From contig CBDFJF010000001.1 in assembly GCA_965248265.1 (NCBI GenBank), forward strand, positions 2,720,001-2,784,000: a stretch of 64,000 bases of DNA, written 5' to 3'. A program made the translations under genes and the position numbers. The stretch is from Candidatus Latescibacterota bacterium (GTDB lineage Bacteria > Latescibacterota > UBA2968 > UBA8231). Below, one piece after another: positions 28,672 through 37,900 of the stretch (its first letter is position 1; each line of letters opens with the position of its first letter). A model generated the notes under the pieces. The model ran no database searches, had not been told where the DNA came from, and worked only from the letters and a program-made list of their open reading frames with translations.

Positions 28672-29249
28672 CTCAGCGTCCTTCCCGCGCCGGCCGCCCG
28701 CACCCAATACATCCATATGGTCAATACGAAACCGATGTTGACGAGGACCATCACGTAGAGATGGAACAGGTCAATGTACTGGGGAGCCAGATGCGCTACT
28801 ATACCCAACGTGACAAGGCGAAAAATGCTGTAACAGAGAAAAGCCGGAATGACCAGGCCGAGGCCCTTGATGCGGTGGATGATACGGGTCGGATAAGCCA
28901 GCACGGATGCCAGGCACAAGAACAGGGCGAAGATACCCGTACACTCGAACGATACCCGGTAAATGACGTTCTCCAACGCCAATTGACAGACCCCGGTCGA
29001 TGTGTCGAGCCCGCTCAGCTGCGCCTGTAACCCAAGGAATCGCAGTACCAACACGGCTCCGTACGTGACCGGGTACATGAACAGGTCGACCCAGACGCGA
29101 CGCCAGCTTTCGAACAGTACCCCCGTGGCCCCGAGCCAGACGGCGAACATGACGCAGAAACGGACGCCTGCTCCGCTGAGCTGGTTGCGCACCGAGGATA
29201 TCCCGTCCGCCAGAGCAGGACGTTGGCTGGCGATCCGGCTCAACGACAT
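28668..29249 (-). CDS. Exosortase/archaeosortase-family intramembrane cysteine protease, XrtH-like
   Basis: Cys-Arg-His triad context: VSFECTG, LASVLAYP, YSIFRLV, DLFHLYV; short multi-TM architecture. Confidence 0.85.
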   Translation of the reverse strand: MSLSRIASQRPALADGISSVRNQLSGAGVRFCVMFAVWLGATGVLFESWRRVWVDLFMYPVTYGAVLVLRFLGLQAQLSGLDTSTGVCQLALENVIYRVSFECTGIFALFLCLASVLAYPTRIIHRIKGLGLVIPAFLCYSIFRLVTLGIVAHLAPQYIDLFHLYVMVLVNIGFVLTIWMYWVRAAGAGRTLS

Positions 29250-29575
29250 GGAACCTCAGATCGACAGCAGCCAGCGAACGGCGATTTGAAACGCTGTGCC
29301 CGCGAGAATGACCCCGAGGCTGGCTAGACTGAGCAGGACCCCGGCGCCGGATAGGCGTAGTGCGTTTGACATGAAGTGGAACATCCGTGTCCCTCCGTAC
29401 CCGCAGTAAGAATGGGAAAATCGAAGGTGTCACCAAGCCTGTTGAGCCAACGACACCTTTCCCCTCACTTACGGATATCGGCGGCGATCTCCTGATCTTT
29501 AATACTGTTTTATAGGAGTGGTGTCGCCGGCGCGAAAACACCGACGACTTATCTGTCGAGGAGCTGACTCGTCCT

Positions 29576-32500
29576 CTACTTGATCATCAACAAGCGCCGC
29601 GATTGCACCGATCGACCGGCACGCAGCACGTAGATGTAGGTGCCCGAGGCGACGTTGTTGCCGTCGTCGTCGCGACCGTCCCAGACGTTGGCGTGAAACC
29701 CCGCTTCCAGCTCCCTGGCGGCCAGAGACCGCACGTGCTGGCCCAGCGTGTTGACGAGGACGAGATCGACCAGGGCTGCCTCAGGAAGGTCAAAGCGGAT
29801 AGTCGTTTCTCCATTGAATGGATTCGGGAAGTTGGAGTGCAGGTTGAACACACTCGGGACCGGTGCTGGGGACTGTTGCGACTGCAGATTCCCACCGCCG
29901 GCGACCTTGATGGTGGCATCGTTGAGATGGCCGTGAACGCGTAGAGCGGAAATCAGACTTGCTGCGGAGATCGTGGAACTCGCCGGCAAGGCGATGCGCA
30001 GCAGCTCTCCGGGGCCTTCGACCGGCCGTTCCAGTGCAAAGGCGATGCGCAGACGATCACCGTCGTGGCGGGAGTCGAGTAAGGCGTTGGCGACGTCAGG
30101 TCCCAGACTCACTCCAGTCTCATCCACACCCTCGACCCGAAGGTCGCCTGAAAGGATGTTGTCGCGTTGCTCGAGCCAGATTGAGATGTAGCCGTCTCCG
30201 GGTCGCAATGCCAGTTCGCGACCCTCTACGGCAACCTTGGGCACGGATTGATCGGTTTCCGGTTGGGGATGGTTGTCCGACTCGTCCTCCTGGATCGGAA
30301 AGCGACCGATGAGGCCGACTCGTTGACGAATCACCAGAGAGGCGTCGAAAGCCGTTATCGGTCCGAACGGCGCCAGCAGGTCAACGTTGGCAGCCATCGA
30401 ATCGTGGTCAGCCAGGGTAATGTTACCTACGGAGTGCGCCAGAATGAGTGCTGCGTCAAAAGCCTTGGTCGTGCCGTTGCCGCTGGCGTCGCCGAGCGGA
30501 TCGATGACGAAATTGGTAGCGGTGAGGTTGAGGCTGACCCCGGCCGAGTTCAGCAAGTCCTCGAATGAGGTAAATAGGTTGTCCCCGTCCTGCGTATTGA
30601 ATTCGCCGTCATTGTCCATCCCCGCCACGGTGCCGAACACGGTGGTCACCGTGCCGAAGAAGATACTGTCGTCGGCCGTCTGCTCGGTCAGATTGACGGT
30701 TTCCAGCTCGTTGGTCACAGAATTGACAACCTCCACGGTGACAACCTCGATCGCCGCCGGATTGACGTTGAGATCGGGATCGATGGCGCGTACCCGCACC
30801 GTGTCGCCGGGCGTCGACACCACCGTCGTCGCCAGGCTGCCGTCATTACCCACCAAGAGAACGGAGCCGTTCGCGAAGAGGACCCATTCCGGGCGCCCCC
30901 CGTTGAAATGTACGTGCGCGCCTTCGAGTATCGAGCTGGCCGGTGTGCGTACGTCGAGTACGGTGAAATCGATGTTGAGAAGGACGCCCTTCACCGTCGA
31001 CGCCGCGCCATTCGTCGATGCGGAAATCTTCAACGTATCGATCGTGGACGCGTTACCCGGCGAAACCGCGCCGTTGACGGTCCATGCATTAATGAGCGTT
31101 CCCGCGTCCAGAATCGAGTTCCACGACAACAGGTCGGAGTCGAACGCGATATGAAGATCGACCTCGGCCATTTTGAGCCCGTTCGTGGTGTCGACGGTGA
31201 CCGGGATGACCAGATTCTCATTGTAGGTGGCGTTGATGACGGGGAGGCTGAGCTCTACGTAGGGCGCCTCTCCGTAAATGACGTAGACTTCGCCGGCATC
31301 CAGGCCCGCGCCTGTGTCCGCTGTTGGCGCGCCAGGCATCAGGTCCTCAATGAAATCACCGTTGAGATCGCCTCCAGCGACGGCGTAACCGAGAAAATCG
31401 CCGGCGTCGTCCCCGAGAATAGTTACGTCGGCTTGCGTCGACGCCAGGCTGATCTGGCTGGCCAGCTGGGGATCCCCGGCAATCAAATAGCTCTTTCCTG
31501 CCCCGGTTCCTCCTGGGGTATCAGCCGGGTAGGCGCCGAGAAGCAGGTCATCAAAGCCATCACCGTTACTGTTCAGCGCGGCCATCGACCATCCGAGGTT
31601 GTGCGAAGCAGCCTCTCCCTGAATCCGCACGTCGGCGGCACCGGGCAGATTCTCTGTTGTCGACAGCGTTCCGCCGTATAGCACGTAGACCTCGCCGGCG
31701 TTTGACAGGCCGCCCGGATCGGCGCCCGTGGTGCCGATGATGACGTCGTCGAAACCGTCGCCGTTGACATCTCCGGCGGCGACCGCTTCACCTGCCTTGT
31801 CAAGGATGGCGGCGCCCTGGATATGCACACCGACACCTGGCGCCGGTTTGGTGATGAGATCGAATTGTTGATAGCTGCTCGGCGTAGCGGCGGGATCGCC
31901 GTAGAGGACATACGCCTCGCCACTGAGCGAGCCGTTCGGATCGGCCCAGTATGCCGCCACGATGACGTCGTCGGCAGCGTCGCCGTCGATGTCACCGGCG
32001 GCTACGGCGTTGCCGAGATTGTCATTCAACACGGCCCCTATGATCTCGATATTCTTGTCGGCCTGTACACTCATGGACAGGGTGGCTGGCGTGATGATCG
32101 TTGGGTCGCCGTAGATGACATAGACCTTGCCGGCATCGAAGCGCGACGCCGGCGCGTCCGCCTTGCGGGCACCGGCGATAATGTCGGCGAAGCCGTCGCC
32201 GTTGATATCACCGGTCGCGACAGCTCCTCCCAGAAAATCGCTGGCTGCCGAACCGACGAGGGTCAATTCTGTCGGTTGGCTCAGCAGATCCAGGGTGTTA
32301 GGCAAAGTAGCGCTGCCGTAAATGACATACACCTTGCCGGCATCGAGCACCGCGCCGTCGTCGGATGAGTGTGCTCCGACGATGATATCTTCGAAGCCGT
32401 CGCCGTTGACATCGCCTGCGGCAACTGAGCGGCCCGACTGATCAGAACTCGCAGCACCGAGTATGACCATGTCAGCGACCCCTCCGGCCAGGTCCATCGG

Positions 32501-32815
32501 AGTAGGCAGCGGGTTGGAATCGCCGTAGACGATATAGGTAATGCCTGCGCCCGCGCGGCCCGGGGGGGAGGCTCCGTAGACACCCATGATGAGATCGTCA
32601 ATCCCATCGCCGTTAACGTCGCCGCCGGCAACGGAGAATCCGAGAAAGCCACTGCCGTCCTCGCCCAGTACACGCACGTCTTCCTCGCCCGCGTCGAGAT
32701 CGATGGTCGTCTGCGCGAAGGCAGATCCACACACCGACAGACAGATGTAGCCCACGCGGCGCAGGGACCGTAGCACCCGCTGGCGTGTAGTGGTTATGTC
32801 AACTCGGTTGCGCAT
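29576..32815 (-). CDS. Secreted FG-GAP (integrin-alpha-like) propeller / cohesin / Ig / dockerin / FlgD-Ig(T9SS-like) CTD protein
   Basis: Seven GD(V/I/L)NGDG.xD-type repeats; VIPVTVD...IAFDSDLL cohesin; GDASGNG...FDA...ITAFDA dockerin; NFPNPFN...WDGRDDDG...RRLLMIK. Confidence 0.85.
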   Translation of the reverse strand: MRNRVDITTTRQRVLRSLRRVGYICLSVCGSAFAQTTIDLDAGEEDVRVLGEDGSGFLGFSVAGGDVNGDGIDDLIMGVYGASPPGRAGAGITYIVYGDSNPLPTPMDLAGGVADMVILGAASSDQSGRSVAAGDVNGDGFEDIIVGAHSSDDGAVLDAGKVYVIYGSATLPNTLDLLSQPTELTLVGSAASDFLGGAVATGDINGDGFADIIAGARKADAPASRFDAGKVYVIYGDPTIITPATLSMSVQADKNIEIIGAVLNDNLGNAVAAGDIDGDAADDVIVAAYWADPNGSLSGEAYVLYGDPAATPSSYQQFDLITKPAPGVGVHIQGAAILDKAGEAVAAGDVNGDGFDDVIIGTTGADPGGLSNAGEVYVLYGGTLSTTENLPGAADVRIQGEAASHNLGWSMAALNSNGDGFDDLLLGAYPADTPGGTGAGKSYLIAGDPQLASQISLASTQADVTILGDDAGDFLGYAVAGGDLNGDFIEDLMPGAPTADTGAGLDAGEVYVIYGEAPYVELSLPVINATYNENLVIPVTVDTTNGLKMAEVDLHIAFDSDLLSWNSILDAGTLINAWTVNGAVSPGNASTIDTLKISASTNGAASTVKGVLLNIDFTVLDVRTPASSILEGAHVHFNGGRPEWVLFANGSVLLVGNDGSLATTVVSTPGDTVRVRAIDPDLNVNPAAIEVVTVEVVNSVTNELETVNLTEQTADDSIFFGTVTTVFGTVAGMDNDGEFNTQDGDNLFTSFEDLLNSAGVSLNLTATNFVIDPLGDASGNGTTKAFDAALILAHSVGNITLADHDSMAANVDLLAPFGPITAFDASLVIRQRVGLIGRFPIQEDESDNHPQPETDQSVPKVAVEGRELALRPGDGYISIWLEQRDNILSGDLRVEGVDETGVSLGPDVANALLDSRHDGDRLRIAFALERPVEGPGELLRIALPASSTISAASLISALRVHGHLNDATIKVAGGGNLQSQQSPAPVPSVFNLHSNFPNPFNGETTIRFDLPEAALVDLVLVNTLGQHVRSLAARELEAGFHANVWDGRDDDGNNVASGTYIYVLRAGRSVQSRRLLMIK

Positions 32816-32818
32816 CGC

Positions 32819-34906
32819 TCACTTCAATAGGGTCATCTTGCGCACGTCTGTACGCGTGGAACTGTGCAATCGATAGAAATAGGTTCCGCCGGCAACCCCG
32901 GTGCCGGTGTTATCGCGACCGTCCCAGACTGCCCGGTAGCTGCCCGTCGCCAGCGGACCACTGTGCAGGGTGCGAATCAGCTGCCCGAGTTCGTTGAATA
33001 TCTGCAGACGTACGAACTCGGGGCGGTCGATCTGATAGGGTATGATCGTTTCGGGATTGAACGGGTTTGGAATATTGGGTTGCAGTCTGAATTGAACGGG
33101 AGTAACGGGTGCCGTCAGAGCCGTCTGTACGCTCCCGATTATGTCACCACCGTTGAATCGGACGGTACGCAACTGTGGCACTCGCCCATCTTCAGGAAAC
33201 AAGCGCAACAGTTCGCCGTCACCGTGCATGGGGACGGCCCCGGCCATGGCGATCCGACGGTCAAGGGGATCGCGTCCGACGGCCAGCAAGAATCCCTCCA
33301 CCCCCGCACCGAGTTCCACACGCCCTTCGAAATCAGCCAACGAGAGTTGCGCGGAAAGGATGCCCTCGCGGTCATCGGCGAGCAGGGAGATGTAACCCTC
33401 TCCACGGACGAGGGATATCATGCGCAAGTCGGGGATCGTCTTAGGTACCGAATTCGCGGTTTCCGGCTGAGGATGGTTGTCCGCATCAGGTGTCTGCACC
33501 GGAAAACGAGATATCAGTCCCACCCGCCACTGCAAGACCAGGGTGGCATCCTCCGCATCGATCGGGCTGAGAGGAGCCTGGAGATCCAGGTTGGAGGCCA
33601 TTGCATCCAGGCCGGCCAGGGTGATGTTGCCGACCTCATGCTCCAGCATCAGGAAGGCATCGAGGGCGCTAACGCTCCCGTTGCCGCTGGCATCCCCGAG
33701 GGGATCGACGATCACCGTGGTGGCCTGGAACGAGGCCGGCGGACCTGCTGCCGTCATTGTGTCGTCGTAGCGGACAAACAGAAGGTCGGCCTTCTGGATG
33801 TGCATGATGGTGTCGCCGGCAGCACCGGCACTCTGGCCGAAAACCGTGTAGAAACGACCGAGAAAAATATCGGTGTCTGGACCGGTCTCCAGCAGCAACA
33901 CGGTCTCTTCCTCGACAGAGGTGTCGTGCGAGACGTTTACGGTCGTGCTCTGTGCCGTGAGTGGATCCGTGTTCAGGTCCTGATCCTCGACGCGGACATA
34001 AAGGGTATCACCCGGCTCCGCCACGATCGTCACGTCGACGATTCCGTCCGTGTTTCCTTCCACGGTGACGAGGTCGCAACGTGGCAGGGTGACTCCTGCA
34101 GCGTCGAGGACGTCGTCGTAGCAAATCGAGATTTGATCACCGACTTCGGCCTGAACCAGGAAATCACCAGGATTTGCTGCCGCTGAGAAGGTCACGGGAA
34201 TTGAAATCTCGAATAGACCCGTTGCCGCGCCCGTTTCCACAGCAGTCAAGCTCTCGACATCGGCTCCGTTGGTTACCGTCACCGGCACGGAGTCCGCTGC
34301 GCCTGTCCGGTCTTCGTCCGCATCGTCGATCGCAATAAGTACGGTCTGCTCGAGCTCCACCGGCTCCGGGGTAGCGTCGATGGTGCCGTCGACGCCGATA
34401 ACCGTTATCAGACCATCGGATGTACCACCAGTTGGTGGCGCCTCGTTCAGGGAGACTTCTTCCAGGGTCAGCGGCGAATTCGCAGGATCGCGAAGATCGG
34501 CGACGTCAAATTCCAGCTCGAACAGAATGCCGGAGACATCGATGATGTCATTGACGGTCGCTCCGGCAATTTTCAGTGTATCGACGACACCCCCGTCGAC
34601 GAGGTTGGACTCAAGGAATCCGACCCATGGCTCCGTCAGATGACCAGTGAAGGTGATGTTGGTATAGGTCAGGACGCTGGTGTCAAAAGACACGAAGACC
34701 TCGACGGACACGATCTGTTCCGTCGTAACGCCAATCAAAGACACCGGTATTGTTGCGGAAGTCCCGTGTGGGACACCAACGGTCGGCGCGCTCACGGTGA
34801 CGACAGCAGCAGCCGGGAGGCTCGTTGCCACGACCGTGGCGAGCACGAATTGCGCCAGTAATCTCGGCGCTGTGCGCAGGGGGTTTCTAAGGAAGGTAAG
34901 TTTCAC
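32819..34906 (-). CDS. Secreted cohesin / 2x Ig-like / dockerin / FlgD-Ig CTD protein
   Basis: TIPVSL...VSFDTSVL...GILFELEF cohesin; two ETG..TG.F/GD...Y.D domains; GDASGNGSVSALDA dockerin; NIPNPFNPET...RKMTLLK. Confidence 0.85.
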   Translation of the reverse strand: MKLTFLRNPLRTAPRLLAQFVLATVVATSLPAAAVVTVSAPTVGVPHGTSATIPVSLIGVTTEQIVSVEVFVSFDTSVLTYTNITFTGHLTEPWVGFLESNLVDGGVVDTLKIAGATVNDIIDVSGILFELEFDVADLRDPANSPLTLEEVSLNEAPPTGGTSDGLITVIGVDGTIDATPEPVELEQTVLIAIDDADEDRTGAADSVPVTVTNGADVESLTAVETGAATGLFEISIPVTFSAAANPGDFLVQAEVGDQISICYDDVLDAAGVTLPRCDLVTVEGNTDGIVDVTIVAEPGDTLYVRVEDQDLNTDPLTAQSTTVNVSHDTSVEEETVLLLETGPDTDIFLGRFYTVFGQSAGAAGDTIMHIQKADLLFVRYDDTMTAAGPPASFQATTVIVDPLGDASGNGSVSALDAFLMLEHEVGNITLAGLDAMASNLDLQAPLSPIDAEDATLVLQWRVGLISRFPVQTPDADNHPQPETANSVPKTIPDLRMISLVRGEGYISLLADDREGILSAQLSLADFEGRVELGAGVEGFLLAVGRDPLDRRIAMAGAVPMHGDGELLRLFPEDGRVPQLRTVRFNGGDIIGSVQTALTAPVTPVQFRLQPNIPNPFNPETIIPYQIDRPEFVRLQIFNELGQLIRTLHSGPLATGSYRAVWDGRDNTGTGVAGGTYFYRLHSSTRTDVRKMTLLK

Positions 34907-34918
34907 GCATGGCGCCCC

Positions 34919-37900
34919 CTAGCGCAGAAGCAGAAGCTTGCGGACCTGCCGGAAGCTGTCTGCCTCGAGGGCGTACAGGTACACTCCGCTGGCTACTGCA
35001 CGCCCGGAGCGGTCAAGCCCGTTCCACTCTAACTGGTGCAGGCCCGCGGAGTACTCTTCACCGGCCGCCAGTGCCGTGACCTCTTGACCCAGCACATCGA
35101 ACACACGCAACCACACTTGGGCCGGTTGCGGTAACTGAAAGCGGATCGAGGTTTGTGGGTTGAACGGGTTGGGATAGTTGGGCAACAACTCGAAGTGTTG
35201 CGGCTGTAGGTGCAATTGACTTTCGGGTCCAACAGCGAACGCGGAGATCACCCCTTGCGCGTCAACGGCAACGGCCTCGGCAATTCGAAGCTGGCCGGTT
35301 GGAGCTCCAGGCCAGGTGCGGAAGACCAAGTTGAAAACCGTGTTCATCTCACCGTCGGCCGACGGCTGTATCAGATAACTCCCCACAGCGACTGTACCGG
35401 AATCGTCGGCGAGCACAACGAGAATCTGGGCTTCGCCTTCCGGCACCCCACTCGTAGCACGCAAGAACTCGAAGGAATCTGAATCGTACTCGAAGGTGAC
35501 TCCATGCCCCTGCATTCCAGGCCCCTCAGAGGCCACGGAAACCTGGTAATGGTCGGACTCGACCATCTTCTCGTGCACCAACCTCAACGACGGCAACTCA
35601 CCATCAGTACGCCCGACTCCGGGTGCCGTTACGATGGCTCTTCCCGTCTCGTAGTGGGTGCCGAAGACGTCGGCGAACAGAAAGAAATCACCGAGGGCTA
35701 TAGTGCCGTCACCATCCAGATCGAAGATGCTGTCGAACCCTGGATCGGCGGAGTTCAAACCCCAGACGTCAGCCATCAGAAAGAAGTCGGAGAAATTGAC
35801 GATACCATCTCGCAGAAAATCTCCAGGGCGATCATGGACCAGCAGTGTCAGGATGTCCGAGGCGACACTTTCATTGGGTGGACTTGCGCCATCGAGGGCC
35901 GTGATGTAATAGCGGAATTCGCCGCCCTCGGGGAGGCCATTGTCAGCGTACTCCAAACCCTCCACCGGACCGGCGATCAGCTCGAAATCGCCTGCGATAG
36001 CGCGGTATACGTTGTACCCGGCTATGTCGTCGAACGGGTCGGAGGCCCAGTCCACGGTGACGGTGTTCCGTCCACTTTGCCCGCTCTGCCGTACAGATAT
36101 CACAGTGGGTGACACGGGGGGCGTCTCGTCAGGGGCGCCCGCGGTTGCGAAAATGAGTTCCGAACTCATCGCGGGACCGTTCCCCGCCGCGTCAGCCGAC
36201 GCTACGGTGAAGCGGTATTCGGTTGCGGCGTTGAGGTTCGTCAACTCAACGTTGTGCTCGAGCTCAACCTCGGCGCGCCCTGTCACGGCATCCAGTGCAT
36301 CGGTGCCGAACTGGACGAATCCGTCCGTTCCCTCATTCGTTGCCCAGACGATGACGGCGGTGTTATCGGTAACGTGCTCCACGGAGGGTCCAGAAATTAT
36401 CTGCGGTGCCAACTCATCAGGACTGATGGCAGTGGCGAAAGACTGCACGCTGCTCTGCTGGGGACCATTGCCGAAAGCATCCGTGACACTGACTCTAAAT
36501 TGGTACGACGACGCCGGATTCAGGTTGGTCAGTTTGACCGTTTGTTGGGACAGGGTCTCGGTGACGACGAGCGACTGATCCAGCGCGAAGTCGCCGTAGT
36601 CCACAACGGAACTGGCGCCTTCATCCGTCGACCAGGAAATGGTGGCGCTGCGATCTTCGAGCGCGATGATCTGCGGTCCACTGGTCAGTACCGGAGCGTC
36701 GTCGTCAGGTTCCATGGGCGTCGTGAAGGACAGCGGCTGGCTCTCGGCCGGCCCGTTGCCGACCGGGTCCGCCGATGCCGCCACTACCGTGTAGGTGGTG
36801 GCCGGACTCAAATCAGTCAGCAGCACCTGGTGCTCGAAGCTGTGCTCTGGTACGAAGTCCGCGAGGGTGCGACTACCGTCGGCCGCTACAAGCCACAGCC
36901 TGGTGTCGCTGACTTCATCGGTGTCCCATGTGATCACGGCCTCCGTGTCCGTCGTCGACAGCTTGGCCGGTCCGGACAGGAAGGTGGGGGCCTGCAGATC
37001 CTCATCGACATCTGTAGTAAAGCTGATCTCACCGCCGTCAAGCAAAGGTCGGACGACCTTACCGGCACCTTGATTGCGGTTGCCGAAGGTAAGTTGGTTA
37101 CCGCTGAGGTCCTTCATTACAAGAGCGAAGAAATACCGCACGCCCGCCTGCAGTCCGGTGATGGTGACGTTGTGGTCATCGTCGGCCTCTTCCTCATCGA
37201 AGAGTACCTCTGAAGGAGTCCCCAATTCGTCCTCCGTGCCGACTGCGATGGCACCGAAGCAAGGCTCATTCGTCTTCCATGAAAAAGTCGCGGTGGCATG
37301 CGAGGCGATGATTTCGGGACCGAAGACGATTTCTGGCGCAAGCTCGTCTTCCTCGTCATCCGTCGTGAAGGTATCATTCCCCGAGAATGCAGTCAGACCG
37401 TCGATGTCGGTTGATTGTACTTGGAAATGATAGGTCGTGCCCGAACTCAAGCCGGTTATCAGTGCCGTGTGCCGGCGGCGGATATCAGCGGATCCAACTT
37501 CATCACTGTACTGATCGCTCTGGCCGTAACGGATAAACCCATCGGTCGGACGTGTCGTCCACCAGGTAATCAATGCCGAACTCGCCGTCACCTTGCGAAC
37601 GTGCAGGTTGCGAATGGAGGGCGGCTCTTGCTCGTCGTCTTCAGGCTCGTCGAGCACGAAGGTAAGATCTCGACTGGTGACCGGTTCGTTGCCGGCTTCG
37701 TCGGAAGAGGTAACGCGGTAGTGGTACTCGATGCCCGGTTCACCGAGCAACATTACACGGTGCAATCTCCGGAAGTTCTCGGAGCTGACTTCACTGCCGT
37801 AGTTGATGTCTGGTCCGAAATCTACCGACGCATCGGTCGGCTCGTCCGTCAGCCACTCGATGAAAACCCCTCTGCTCGATCTGTCGACGATGTCTGGACC

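Noticed and set aside
29415-29465. Riboswitch or terminator between the scaffold operon and the exosortase
   Set aside because: An 8-bp stem (AAGGTGTC/GACACCTT) exists, but there is no convincing U-tract or recognisable aptamer
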